From the NCBI GenBank assembly GCA_041739995.1, contig JBGSMV010000029.1, forward strand, positions 1 to 64,000: a DNA stretch of 64,000 bases, read 5' to 3'. Made by a program: the position numbers and the translations under genes. This document shows positions 30,397-40,978 of this stretch, piece after piece. The notes beneath the pieces were generated by a model, which saw only the letters and a list, made by a program, of their open reading frames with translations, was not told the DNA's origin and made no database searches. Every line of letters begins with the position of its first letter. The first letter of the stretch is position 1. This DNA comes from Bdellovibrionota bacterium (GTDB lineage: Bacteria; Bdellovibrionota_C; UBA2361; JBGSMV01).

Positions 30397-32124
30397 ATGT
30401 ACGCTTTAAGACCATACCAGCAAGAAGCCGTCGATGCGACGCTGGGGCATTTTCGAAAGTCCAGAAATCCTGCGGTCATCGTTCTTCCTACGGGAGCGGG
30501 AAAGAGTTTAATCATCGCAGAGCTTGCGAAACTTGCGCGCGGACGGGTGCTGGTGCTCGCGCATGTCAAAGAGCTCGTTGAGCAGAATCACGCAAAATTT
30601 ATTTCCTACGGATTGAAAGCAGGGATCTATTCAGCAGGACTCAATCAAAAGGATAGCGACGAGAAGGTCATATTTGGAAGTATCCAGTCAGTTGCGCGTG
30701 CTAAAAAAACTTTCTTTGCTGACTTTTCCCTGTTGGTCATTGATGAATGCCATCGGGTGTCTGCCGACCAAGACACTCAGTATCGACAGGTCATCGAAAG
30801 CATAGCTTCTGAGAACTCTCGATTATGTTTGCTTGGACTTACCGCCACGCCGTACCGGCTCGATAGCGGTTGGATCTATGAGCATAATTATAAAGGCTAT
30901 ATCTGTTCGGCGACGCCGCGCACATTCAAGAAGTGTATCTATGAGCTGACTTTGCGTCAGATGATTGACCAGAAGTTTCTGACGCCACCGGTTCAGATCG
31001 ATGCACCAGTAGCCAGCTATGATTTCTCAACGCTCCAACTGCAAACTGGCAGAGAATCATTTAATCTCAAAGAAATAGAAGCGATCCTAAAGGATCAGGC
31101 ACGAATCACTCCGGTCATCATTCAGAACATTGTCGAGATGGCGGCGGATCGAAAAGGTATCTTAATTTTTACCGCTTCTGTCAGGCACGCAGCAGAAATT
31201 TTAAACTACCTGCCTGAAGGGATTTCGGCTCTGGTGGTGGGAGACACCCCAAGCGAAGAGCGCGACTCGGTGATAGCGCGATTTAAGGCGCAGGAGATCA
31301 AGTTTCTAGTCAACGTATCAGTGCTTACGACCGGCTTTGACGCGCCGCATGTCGATCTGATCGCGATTCTTCGACCTACAGAATCGGTGGGGCTCTATCA
31401 GCAAATTGTAGGCAGAGGTCTGCGCATTGCGGCCGGGAAGGCAGATTGCTTGGTATTGGATTACACAGGAGTGCCCCACGACATATATAGTCCACAGATC
31501 CACGAGCGCAGGCCCCGCGAAGATGCAGTCGTGGTGCAGGTTGAGTGTCCTGAGTGTCAGCATGACAATAATTTTTGGGGTGTCATCAACGCGCAAGGGG
31601 TAGTCGTCGAGCATTTTGGACATAAATGCAGCGGAGTGGCGGAGAACCCCAGTAACGGCGAGCTCGTGCCCTGCGGATTTCGTTATCGTTCAAAGGGTTG
31701 TGAGCGCTGCGGGGCAGAGAACGATCTTGATGCCAGTCGCTGTCATGGCTGTAACGCAATTTTTATCGATGACGAGGCAAAGTTGCGGCAGGCGCTGGCT
31801 TTTAAGGATGCGCATGTGATGCAGCCTGATTCGATGACCTTTGAACGGAAAGTGGACAAGCAGGGCAAGGAACGTCTTGAGATAAGATACTACGATCTCA
31901 ATGCGCAGTCGCTCAGCGAAGTATATTTTTTTGAGTCTCCACAGGACGCAAAAGTTTTTCACTATAACTTCTCGCGCATGCACAATCGCCTTCCAGAGCG
32001 CAAACTAAAGATAGAGTGCATTGATGACGCGCTTCGAGACCAGCAGCTGTTTCGTTTGCCTTTGTACATCATCGCGCGTAAGCAGGAGCGCTATTGGAAG
32101 ATTCGGGAGAAATTATTTTTGTAG
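30397..32124 (+). CDS. radD: SF2 DNA repair helicase RadD/YejH
   Basis: LRPYQ, LPTGAGKS, DECH, LTATPYRL, TTGFDAP, QIVGRGLR, and C-terminal CxxC clusters. Confidence 0.9.
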   Translation: MYALRPYQQEAVDATLGHFRKSRNPAVIVLPTGAGKSLIIAELAKLARGRVLVLAHVKELVEQNHAKFISYGLKAGIYSAGLNQKDSDEKVIFGSIQSVARAKKTFFADFSLLVIDECHRVSADQDTQYRQVIESIASENSRLCLLGLTATPYRLDSGWIYEHNYKGYICSATPRTFKKCIYELTLRQMIDQKFLTPPVQIDAPVASYDFSTLQLQTGRESFNLKEIEAILKDQARITPVIIQNIVEMAADRKGILIFTASVRHAAEILNYLPEGISALVVGDTPSEERDSVIARFKAQEIKFLVNVSVLTTGFDAPHVDLIAILRPTESVGLYQQIVGRGLRIAAGKADCLVLDYTGVPHDIYSPQIHERRPREDAVVVQVECPECQHDNNFWGVINAQGVVVEHFGHKCSGVAENPSNGELVPCGFRYRSKGCERCGAENDLDASRCHGCNAIFIDDEAKLRQALAFKDAHVMQPDSMTFERKVDKQGKERLEIRYYDLNAQSLSEVYFFESPQDAKVFHYNFSRMHNRLPERKLKIECIDDALRDQQLFRLPLYIIARKQERYWKIREKLFL

Positions 32125-32349
32125 GGTACTCAATTGGTCGCGGGGGTTTCTATTGCGGACCATTCCGCGAGCCGGTTTGGCGCCAAGGTTGCGCTCTCGT
32201 TAAGCTGAAGTGGGCGAGAAGTAGATTCCCATAAAAACATTTTTAGATTGGTGTAACCTCAAGCCCTATATTTTTCTGAAAAAGGGACGCGGCAACGGTT
32301 AAGTCACCGCGTCCCAGTACTTCGACCGACAAGGCTCCAACAGACAACG

Positions 32350-32793
32350 TTAGTTGCCCTTGGGAGGAGCATTCTTCTCGATGAACTTCTCCTTGGCAGC
32401 CTTGTTCTCCGCAGCGGCTGTGGCTTTGAGCCGAGCCGTACGGTCTTCGAGGCCTTCCTGGGTGTCAGGCGAAACCTCTGAAGTGGCGTCGTTCGTTGCA
32501 CGACCCTTTTGGATCCAGCGTTGGTCGACATCACGAGTCGGCGAATCCGCAGCGATGCGGTGCGCAAACTCGAGTTGTGCGAGCCAAACTGCACCAAAGG
32601 TCACGAACACAAGCACGAGGGTCCGCATCAAGGGAAATCCCTTCGTTGCAGAACCCGCATCCTCCTTTCTCGATTTCAAGTAGGGAAGGATTCGGATTTG
32701 GAAAAGCCGAATCCAGATAAACAGAAGCACCAGGGCACCGCCGAACTTGGCGAGCCCCAGCAGAATCGTCACGATGTTTCCATCGCTCATCAT
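32350..32793 (-). CDS. hypothetical 2-TM membrane protein
   Basis: RBS AAGGGAG before ATG; adjacent to the SPFH gene; two hydrophobic helices. Confidence 0.7.
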   Translation of the reverse strand: MMSDGNIVTILLGLAKFGGALVLLFIWIRLFQIRILPYLKSRKEDAGSATKGFPLMRTLVLVFVTFGAVWLAQLEFAHRIAADSPTRDVDQRWIQKGRATNDATSEVSPDTQEGLEDRTARLKATAAAENKAAKEKFIEKNAPPKGN

Positions 32794-32794
32794 C

Positions 32795-33763
32795 TTACTT
32801 ACTCCCTTCATCAGAGCCTTCCGGAGAGACCGGAGTTGGCATTGCCGGGTCGGTCGAAGCGAACGCGTTCTGGGTGACGCCCATCATCATCGCCGGATTC
32901 TGCAGCGCACTGTCCGGAATGATGAAAACCTTGTTTGGCGAAGCCGCCATGGTTTCCATCACCCGCAACATGCGCTGTGTCACGAATGCCGGAGTAATGC
33001 CCTTCGCCAACACCACGTTGACCTGCGCTTGAGTCTCGGCCTCAACCAGGTCGATCTCCTGCTGCCGCTTGGCGACTTGCAGTCGCGTATCGGCCTCGGT
33101 CATGTCCACTGCGCGCTGTGCCTCAGCGCGAGTGATCGCGATCTCTCGCTCTTTTGCCGCCTCTTGGGCCTGAACGATCACCTTCGGAGGCTGAACGTCA
33201 GCGAGGCCGGCATTGAGAACCACGAGAGGAGTGTCCGCCAGCGCCTTGCGCAAAGCGTTCTCGATCTCCTGTGAGACCTTTTCGCGATTCTCCAGGATCT
33301 GCATGATGGTGTACTTTGCCACCACTGCCCGGGAGACCTCACGAACTTGGTTTCGACCATAGGTGTCGAACACCTCGTCGAAGTCGATTACCATCACACT
33401 CGCGTCGTTGGACTGGCTGGGCTTCAGGCGGGCGAAGATACCGTCCACCCGCTCGCCTTCAGCGGGAATCGCCATGATGAGCCGCAGATCGAAATCCATG
33501 TTCAGCTTGTCGGCTGGCATGAAAATCTGCATGTGCTCTTCCTTGGCCTGGTCAGAGACCTCAGCCAAGATCAGCTTGTAGTTGGACTGCCACCACCAAC
33601 GGTACGGCAGTCGGAAGGTCGACGGAGGATGAACCCCCGTCTCGAGGCCGTCAGGCGAGAGCACCTTGCCGACATGCCCGGTGGGCACTTCAACGCGGGT
33701 ACCGCAGGCCGTGAGACCACACGCCAGACACACGAACGCCAGAAGCAGAGTGAGCTTCCTCAT
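32795..33763 (-). CDS. SPFH/prohibitin-domain lipoprotein
   Basis: MRKLTLLL...LTAC lipobox, VEVPTGHVG, and coiled coil AQEAAKEREI; GC3-rich codon usage unlike flanking genes. Confidence 0.85.
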   Translation of the reverse strand: MRKLTLLLAFVCLACGLTACGTRVEVPTGHVGKVLSPDGLETGVHPPSTFRLPYRWWWQSNYKLILAEVSDQAKEEHMQIFMPADKLNMDFDLRLIMAIPAEGERVDGIFARLKPSQSNDASVMVIDFDEVFDTYGRNQVREVSRAVVAKYTIMQILENREKVSQEIENALRKALADTPLVVLNAGLADVQPPKVIVQAQEAAKEREIAITRAEAQRAVDMTEADTRLQVAKRQQEIDLVEAETQAQVNVVLAKGITPAFVTQRMLRVMETMAASPNKVFIIPDSALQNPAMMMGVTQNAFASTDPAMPTPVSPEGSDEGSK

Positions 33764-34186
33764 TGCTATTTCCCCTTTCATGAGAAAAATGCAGAGACAA
33801 GAAAACGGGAGCACCTCACATTGAGGTGCAAACCATTAGGGAATCTACCCCTCACAAATTGGGAATGAACAAAAACTCGAAGTTCGAGTATCCAGTCAGT
33901 TATTGACGAAGTGCTAAAAGTGTTAGGTGGATTCGGTGTCGGTGAATCCCTCATTTGCGAGGTGGTCGGAGGAGGGGATCGCCGCATCTGACGAATTGTG
34001 GTCGGTCTCAGTTGATTTGGAGGCAAGTCGAGAACAAGGCGAACTCGACTGGCGGCAGCCTAAGAACTTCGGCGCTGCGCTCGCGCCACGAGCAATTGTT
34101 GAGTGAACTTCAAACTGCTGCTGCCGTGCGCATGCGGTCGACTGTGTCGGCGACCGTTCGCTGCTTACTAGGAAGGATCGCGCATC

Positions 34187-34432
34187 ATGGGATATGCAAT
34201 CTTGTTTCTCGTCGTGACCCTGGCTCTGATCATCGCCAATGGTTAGGGCACCCCATTCTTGGTGGGCGAGCACGCCAGACGCCATGGATGGAGCCGCCAG
34301 GCCTTGATCAAGACGTATGTCTTGATCAATATCGTCGGAGTCGTCGCTTCGCTCGCATCCGTGCCGAGGGGCAAGACGTTGCTCATGTCCAGGGTTCTCT
34401 CCGGGCATCTCCACGGCGGCCAACTCTTATAG
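34187..34432 (+). pseudogene. possible small membrane-protein pseudogene
   Basis: RBS AGGAAGGA, then MGYAILFLVVTLALIIANG*GTPFLV...YVLINIVGVVASL with an in-frame TAG at 34244-46. Confidence 0.3.
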
Positions 34433-34610
34433 GGGGAAGGCTGATTGACGGGAAGAGCAAACTTCAGATTGATCTGGTGTTCAGGAAGTCATAATCGAGA
34501 GGAGATAGCGAGAAGTTGTGCGAATGATAGAGCGCCGCTTAAGTAAGGGCACACTGTCTTGCAACAAGCTTCGACCTATACCGATGACAGGACATTTACT
34601 TCAATGGGCA

Positions 34611-34967
34611 TCAGTAGCCCCCGGCTGCCTTTACTTTGAACCCTCTACCTTCAAGTTCCTTCAACAGCAGATCTTTATGATCGCCTTGAATTTCAATTGT
34701 GTATTCTTTGCTCGTTCCCCCGGTTCCGCAGCGAGCCTTTAGAGATTTTGCAAGCGCCTTTAATTCATCCGGGGGCAGGAGAAATCCACTGAGCACTGTG
34801 ACTATCTTGCCGTTTCTGCCTTTCGACTCGCGCTGCACTCTGATTGTGCCGTCACCAGATGGTGCAGGCATCGCGTTCTTACACACGCAGGACTTCTTTG
34901 GCTTCCCACATTCAGGGCACATCCGACCTTGGTCGGTCGAGTAAACGAGTTTTTCCGAGTCGGTCAT
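34611..34967 (-). CDS. yciH: translation initiation factor SUI1-like protein
   Basis: LVYSTD, KGRNGKIVT, LKARCGTGGT, IEIQGDH. Confidence 0.93.
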   Translation of the reverse strand: MTDSEKLVYSTDQGRMCPECGKPKKSCVCKNAMPAPSGDGTIRVQRESKGRNGKIVTVLSGFLLPPDELKALAKSLKARCGTGGTSKEYTIEIQGDHKDLLLKELEGRGFKVKAAGGY

Positions 34968-35033
34968 GAAGAACTCGTTGCAGGCAGTGTTTATTCTATC
35001 TTGGCCGCGTCGCCCATCAGAGAGCGAGCGTTC

Positions 35034-35681
35034 TTAGGCATTGCCTTTGAGATATTTCTCAAGTCCATCGATGTCGAGCTTTTCCGCAAGTGCGCGCAAA
35101 GTTGATGCATCTTTGTTGTTCTGATCTTCGAGCTTCAGCACAGAGCCAGCATCAAGAAATATGGTCAGGTCTGCGCTGGAAGATCCTTCCATCTTATTCA
35201 GCATTGCGGTTCTGCCATTGATGCGAAGCGTGTCCTGTCCCGCCTGCTGACCAAACATAGCGGCCATCTTACCGAGGGCTGCTAGATTTCCGAGACCAGC
35301 TCCGCCAGATCCTGATTGTCCTGTCAGTGACACGGTGACTGAGCTTCCCGCATTGGAATAGGTACGCTCGATGTTAGTAAAGCCCATGGCGCCACTCATT
35401 TCTATCTTGCCGCCCTTGTAGTCGCCGAGTTGCTCGGGGAAGAAGGTCTGAAGCCTTTGGCTATTGAGCTTCTCTAGTTCCTTTCGTGCCCAGCCAAGTT
35501 CTTCGATGGCTTTCGAGTAGTTTTTCTCGGCGACGAATCCGTTCACCCTGCTAAAAATCGCGTCTAATTCCTCCGCCAGTGACGAAGTTGGCAAGGTCAG
35601 TGCCGCGGCAAGCACAGTAAATGCACAGGTAGAATAAAAATGACTGCGGAAGGAGTAAGTTGTCATGACGGGTATCTCCAA
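35034..35681 (-). CDS. hypothetical exported protein
   Basis: Signal peptide ending SSLA; long uninterrupted ORF with normal composition. Confidence 0.75.
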   Translation of the reverse strand: MEIPVMTTYSFRSHFYSTCAFTVLAAALTLPTSSLAEELDAIFSRVNGFVAEKNYSKAIEELGWARKELEKLNSQRLQTFFPEQLGDYKGGKIEMSGAMGFTNIERTYSNAGSSVTVSLTGQSGSGGAGLGNLAALGKMAAMFGQQAGQDTLRINGRTAMLNKMEGSSSADLTIFLDAGSVLKLEDQNNKDASTLRALAEKLDIDGLEKYLKGNA

Positions 35682-35984
35682 GAGGGATGTAGTTCTGGGG
35701 CGAAATCATAGCGGCTACAACGCTTAGTTCAAGTTTTTCCACGAGCCTCTGGTTAGAGGGTACTAAAAGAAGCAGTAAGCTCAGTGATATTAATAGATTA
35801 TGTGAATGTCCGCCGATCGCTACTTGCAAATATTAGCATATTGTTAGCGTCTGAAAGTGTGGCACAGTGAGGTGGTAAGGCGTTTGATTTTGAAGAGAGG
35901 AACCAAAGGCACGGTTATTTGGCTGCCCAACATAACCAGGGAATTGCTTCTAGAGAATGGATCTGGCGAAAAGCCCTTCGATGA

Positions 35985-36872
35985 GTGTTTAGCTGTCGGT
36001 GGCCCAGCTCCAAGATCTCAAGTTGTTTCGAGGATTTGATGTCGCAAGAGCACGCCCAGATACGTCAGCCCAGGCGGGAAAAATTGACCGAGGCGCACGT
36101 AGCAGCGCTTCCGCCTAGTGAAACAGTGATTCAGCAATTCAGGGCTGAATTTGTCGATAGCTACCCAAACCCCGTTGCAGCCAACCAAAGCCTTCAAAGT
36201 GTTATTGGCAACCGTAAGGTAGCGGCCCTTGTCTTTCTTCAGACTCGCTTTAGAGACATGCCCCCCGGCTTGCTTGGAGATCTCAATCCTGAAGATCTTT
36301 TTCTTCCTGAGATGAAAGAGCGAGTGAAGCTGTTGGTAAGAGCCGAGAGAGCCGCACAAGTGGAAGGACCACTTGGCTCGGAAGGCTATCAACAGGGGTT
36401 TCGCAGCCTGAGCAGGGATGTTCAGTCAATCACTGTGGCCGATCCAGAGCAGGCAAAATTTCCGCCGCCAAGAGCAGGCACCGATGATATCCCTGAGTAT
36501 CAAAAACTTATACGCCTGATGGGTTTGGTCGGAGTTGAGCAACTTGCGACCACGGGGAGCTCTGATGTGCTTGCTCTGTATCTTGCTAACGCCAACGTGC
36601 TTGTGGAGCATGGGCAAGGGTTCGATGCGGGGAAACTTGGTCTTGAGGAGACGCTCGATCAAGCCTCGAAGATATTTGCATTTGCGCGCGCTTTTCTGGC
36701 GTACCAGAGCAACGCAGGGGCCTACCGTAAAACAGGCAATATCTTGCGTTCTGAACCTTCGATAATACAGGCCGCGGAAGGTCTCTGGTCTCATAGGGGA
36801 GTGGTTTCTGTTCCTGTATTTTTGGCGGAAGAGTTGTCGCTCGAAACTAGCCTCCCTGCAGGTATTCGATAA
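35985..36872 (+). CDS. hypothetical protein (probable start ATG 36039)
   Basis: 295-aa ORF, GAGG before MSQEH; no recognisable motif. Confidence 0.6.
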   Translation: MFSCRWPSSKISSCFEDLMSQEHAQIRQPRREKLTEAHVAALPPSETVIQQFRAEFVDSYPNPVAANQSLQSVIGNRKVAALVFLQTRFRDMPPGLLGDLNPEDLFLPEMKERVKLLVRAERAAQVEGPLGSEGYQQGFRSLSRDVQSITVADPEQAKFPPPRAGTDDIPEYQKLIRLMGLVGVEQLATTGSSDVLALYLANANVLVEHGQGFDAGKLGLEETLDQASKIFAFARAFLAYQSNAGAYRKTGNILRSEPSIIQAAEGLWSHRGVVSVPVFLAEELSLETSLPAGIR

Positions 36873-36969
36873 GCATGCGCCAGGTTTCTGCAGTCGTCCT
36901 GTCCAGTTCTGGAAGCGTTGCTGGAAGAGTTATTCAAAAGAATACATCGATACCACTGGTAACGAGCTT

Positions 36970-37899
36970 CTAGATTTTGAGCAAATCCTCAAGATTTTCC
37001 TGTGAATCGACATTCATTCTCGCCACTGATTTGTCGATGCGCTTCATGAGCCCAGAGAGAACGTTTCCGGCACCGAATTCGACCGTGGTGCGACTTTCAA
37101 AGTCGCCGAGTACTCGCTCCAGGCTCTCGACCCAACGAACTCTGCCGCACACTTGCAGACGCAACGCAGTTCGAATTTGGTCCGGTTCGCTCACCGGCTG
37201 TGCAGAGTAGTTTGCATAAACTGGAAAGGAAGAGGTCTTGAACGTCGAGGTATGCAGGTCACCTGCAAGGCGATCTTCTGCTGGCTTCATCAAGGCACAA
37301 TGAAAGGGAGCGCTAACCGGGAGCTCCACTACCTTACCGCCGAGCGCAGCAACTGCCGCATCAATTGCTCGACTATCTCCCGCTATGACTATTTGCCCAG
37401 GAGAATTCACATTCGCTACTTGAACTATCCCGTCAGTAATGGTGGCGAGAACAGTTTCAATCTCTGCAAGCTCGCGACCAAGCACCGCTGCCATTTTTCC
37501 TGCACCCACCGGCACTGCTTCTTGCATATAGGTGCCGCGTTTGTGCACGAGCAGTACGGCGTCTTCAAAACGAAGAGCGCCACTTGCGACGAGCGCGGAG
37601 TATTCCCCCAAACTGTGACCCGCAGCGGCGACCACGGAGTATTTGCCCGAATCAATTGCATGCTCTCTGAAAAGCTCAAAACAAATCGTGCTCACTGTGA
37701 GGATCGCTGGCTGGGCTATGGCGGTTTTGGTGAGTGTTTCGATGGGCCCTTCAAAGCAGTATGTCGAGAGAGGAAAGCCAAGGACTTCGTCTGCTAATGT
37801 GAAATAGCGCTTGGCGAGTTCTGAGTTATCGTGCAGAAGTTTGCCCATCCCCACAGTCTGAGAGCCCTGTCCAGGGAATAACGCAATGATTTTATTCAT
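36970..37899 (-). CDS. fabD: malonyl-CoA:ACP transacylase
   Basis: FPGQGSQ, GHSLGEY, VSAPFHC. Confidence 0.97.
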   Translation of the reverse strand: MNKIIALFPGQGSQTVGMGKLLHDNSELAKRYFTLADEVLGFPLSTYCFEGPIETLTKTAIAQPAILTVSTICFELFREHAIDSGKYSVVAAAGHSLGEYSALVASGALRFEDAVLLVHKRGTYMQEAVPVGAGKMAAVLGRELAEIETVLATITDGIVQVANVNSPGQIVIAGDSRAIDAAVAALGGKVVELPVSAPFHCALMKPAEDRLAGDLHTSTFKTSSFPVYANYSAQPVSEPDQIRTALRLQVCGRVRWVESLERVLGDFESRTTVEFGAGNVLSGLMKRIDKSVARMNVDSQENLEDLLKI

Positions 37900-38029
37900 A
37901 TTTTTGCCTAATCGTGGAGGTCTTGGGACGCCAGATTCGTCTTAAGGCCCTACAGAGGTACGTCGATACTGTTATATGAAGCTGCCCCACAAATAAAGAA
38001 CTTCGACGCAGACAGTAAGAGAGAAAGGT

Positions 38030-39172
38030 GTGACCTCCGTCGGGACAACGCAAAATACGTCAGCCAAGCCGGGATCGGTGTTGATTGTCGATGACAATCC
38101 ACTGATCGCGATGGTGCTGCGCAGCTTGCTCCAGAATGATGGACTGCAAGTAAGTGTCGCCACGAACGGCGAGGAAGCTCTCGCTGCGCTAAAGGACGAG
38201 GTCGTGGACGTGATTGTCTGCGACGTGATGATGCCGCGCATGGATGGATATGAGTTCCACGAGCGAGTGAGAGAGAACCCAGACTACTCGCATATTCCTT
38301 TCATTTTCCTTACCGCGCTGAGCGACGATCGCGAAAAGAATCGCGGGCTCATGACGGGCGCAGACGTATATCTGACCAAGCCCTTTGATCCTTCTGCCAT
38401 GGTGCCATTAGTTATGGGAAAAGTGACGCGTGCGAGGGGCTTAAAGAAAGCCGCCGAGCATGGGTTCACGACTTACCGAAAGAAGGTAGTGAATACGCTC
38501 TCACATGAATTCCGTACTCCGCTTGTCGCAATCACGACCGGCTCAGAATTGTTGCTCGATCACGCCGATAATTTCGACTCGTCCAAAGTACAGCAGTTGG
38601 TGCAAGCCATTCAGCGCGGCGGCGCCAGGCTTGAACGACTGGTAAATGACTTCATGCTGCTTCAGCAGCTCGACTTGGGAGTTGGCGCAAAGATGTATCA
38701 GTCGCGCGGAGGGGTTGCCGAGCTTAAACCTGTTATTGAGCGAGTTCTTGAGGAACGCTTTCCGGAGCTGGCGAACCAGGGGTTTGCTTGTAAAGCGGAT
38801 CTCAATGTTGAGGGGCTCTCCTTTTTCTTCTACGTAGCTCAAGTGGAAGATTTGCTAAGACGCCTGGTAGAGAATGCCGCTAAGTTTTCACGTCAGACAA
38901 AAGAAGTCTCTGTGTCGGTACAGCGGCGCGGCGATGAAGTGGTCATCACGGTGCTTGACCGCGGAGTTGGTGTAGACCCGAACCGATCGGCGCTCTCGCT
39001 CGAGCTCTTTGGGCAGGTTGATCGCGAAAAGCTGGAGCAACAAGGTACGGGAATGGGGCTCGCGGTGGTGCAGCGCTATCTTGAAATTATGGGGGGTAGC
39101 TTCACCCTGTCAGCTCGAGAAGGCGGTGGTGCGGCTGCCCAAGTCGTTCTTCCGCTGCGCAAAGCTCCTTAG
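38030..39172 (+). CDS. hybrid response regulator/histidine kinase
   Basis: Receiver (IVDDN, CDVMMP, KPF), H-box SHEFRTPL, ENAAKF, DRGVG, GTGMGL. Confidence 0.93.
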   Translation: MTSVGTTQNTSAKPGSVLIVDDNPLIAMVLRSLLQNDGLQVSVATNGEEALAALKDEVVDVIVCDVMMPRMDGYEFHERVRENPDYSHIPFIFLTALSDDREKNRGLMTGADVYLTKPFDPSAMVPLVMGKVTRARGLKKAAEHGFTTYRKKVVNTLSHEFRTPLVAITTGSELLLDHADNFDSSKVQQLVQAIQRGGARLERLVNDFMLLQQLDLGVGAKMYQSRGGVAELKPVIERVLEERFPELANQGFACKADLNVEGLSFFFYVAQVEDLLRRLVENAAKFSRQTKEVSVSVQRRGDEVVITVLDRGVGVDPNRSALSLELFGQVDREKLEQQGTGMGLAVVQRYLEIMGGSFTLSAREGGGAAAQVVLPLRKAP

Positions 39173-39247
39173 CGCTCGAATTCAGCCGATTCCCTTCGTC
39201 GCTGAAACGAGTATTCCCCAAAAGTCGGTGGATCGGCCCTGATTCCG

Positions 39248-40978
39248 GTGGATTGTCGAGAAGCTCTCCTCAATTTAGGATGCCCAAGGACTAACACCTT
39301 TACGGCAGCCATGTTTTTTACCAAATTCTATCAACACCCGAGACCCGATTGGGGTGCATCTCGATTCTCCAGCTTTAGAGGCAACATGCGGATAGAGTGG
39401 GCGGCTGCTCTGATTCTTTTGGCGGGGGCCTACTTGTTTGCGCAAGACGCGCATGCGCTACCGCAGGAGCAGGAGAGTGCGCGACCGCCAGTGATCGCCT
39501 CCACCGAAAGTTTCATGGGTAGTGCGACCGAGGTATTTCCTAGAGTTTTCGAAAAGATCGAGGTGAGGACTCTCCCCAATGGCTTGAGCGTTGCGCTCTA
39601 CCCCCGTGGAAATGCTCCGGTGTTTGCTGGTGTGGTTGCCGTTCGAGTGGGGGGGAGTGATGAGCATGTGGGGGAGACCGGCATCTCACACATGTTTGAG
39701 CACATGGCCTTTAAAGGCACACCAGAAATAGGGACCAAGGACTATCAAAAGGAGCGTGTGCTGCTCGATGAACTCGAAGTGCTTGCTGCTCAAGCTGCCA
39801 GCGAGGGTGTAGAGGTCCACGATTTAGGCGAGGAGTCTCTCAAGCTCTGGAATGAAATTCACGAAGCGCTCAAGCGCCTTTGGATTACTGATCAGTTTAC
39901 GCGCGAGTTTGAGTCGCGCGGAGCCGAGGGGCTAAATGCCACCACTGACAGTGAGATGACCAAGTATTTTGTGAATCTGCCGCGCACTGAGCTTGAGTTC
40001 TGGCTCAAAATGGAGTCAGAGCGGATTTTGCGCCCCGTGATGCGCCAGTTCTACCAGGAGCGTGATGTCGTTATGGAAGAGCGGCGAATGCGCTACGAAG
40101 ATGATCCTGAGGGCAAGCTGTATGAACTGCTTCGCTCAACAGCGTTTCTTGCGCACCCTTATAAAAATCCCGTCATTGGATATGCGTTCGATATCCGTGG
40201 GTTGACTGCTCGGATGTTGGAAAGCTTCCATCGGCGATTCTATGTCCCTGGCAATATCGCCGTTGCTATTGTGGGGGACGTCCGACCTAGTGAGGACTGG
40301 CCGCTTATCGAAAAGTACTTTGGGCGCATACCTGCAAAGCCTCTCCCCGCCAGGCCCCACGCAGTCGAACCAGTGCAGCAGGGCGAGCGGCGCATTGTGC
40401 TGGAAGCCGACGCATCACCAAGTTTCTATGTCGCTTATCGAAAGGTGCAGTATCCCCATCCCGATGATGCTCCGATTTCGGTAATGCTCGAAATGCTTGC
40501 GGGGAGTATCACGTCTCCACTTCAAAGAACTCTAGTGCAGCGTTTGCGCCTTGCAGCTTCGGTAAGTCATGCCGAGGGGCCGGGTGTTGCGTATCCAAAC
40601 TTGATGATGTTTGCGGTGAGACCACGTGCGCCGCACACAAATGTTGAGGTGCTTGAAGCCTTTGATCGAGTGCTTCAAGATTTCAAGAATTCAGGGGTTA
40701 CTCAAAATCGTTTGGACATTGCCAAGCGCTCAATCGCTACGTCTTACCTGTCGGAACTTGCCTCAAACACCTCATTGGGAAAAAATTTCGCCACCTCGAT
40801 GCTTCAGTTCGGGTCCTGGAAAGCGCCCTTCGATTGGTATGAGAAAGCAATGGCGGTTACCTCTGCTGATGTGCAGAGGGTGGCCGATCAGTATTTGATT
40901 CACACCGCGCGGAGTATTGCCATGCTTGAGCGTCCAAAGGCCGGCACCCAAACTTCTATTAACGCGGAGCAGCAATGA
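39248..40978 (+). CDS. M16 family zinc peptidase, catalytic subunit
   Basis: Inverted zincin HMFEH, NATT, ERDVVMEERR; true start probably downstream. Confidence 0.92.
   Translation: MDCREALLNLGCPRTNTFTAAMFFTKFYQHPRPDWGASRFSSFRGNMRIEWAAALILLAGAYLFAQDAHALPQEQESARPPVIASTESFMGSATEVFPRVFEKIEVRTLPNGLSVALYPRGNAPVFAGVVAVRVGGSDEHVGETGISHMFEHMAFKGTPEIGTKDYQKERVLLDELEVLAAQAASEGVEVHDLGEESLKLWNEIHEALKRLWITDQFTREFESRGAEGLNATTDSEMTKYFVNLPRTELEFWLKMESERILRPVMRQFYQERDVVMEERRMRYEDDPEGKLYELLRSTAFLAHPYKNPVIGYAFDIRGLTARMLESFHRRFYVPGNIAVAIVGDVRPSEDWPLIEKYFGRIPAKPLPARPHAVEPVQQGERRIVLEADASPSFYVAYRKVQYPHPDDAPISVMLEMLAGSITSPLQRTLVQRLRLAASVSHAEGPGVAYPNLMMFAVRPRAPHTNVEVLEAFDRVLQDFKNSGVTQNRLDIAKRSIATSYLSELASNTSLGKNFATSMLQFGSWKAPFDWYEKAMAVTSADVQRVADQYLIHTARSIAMLERPKAGTQTSINAEQQ

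Noticed and set aside
32747..34494. Long alternative-frame ORFs (175, 173, 166, 179 aa) and similar shadow ORFs throughout the window
   Set aside because: They are mostly antisense or overlapping to well-supported genes, or lie in GC-rich DNA, with Arg/His-rich composition and no motifs.
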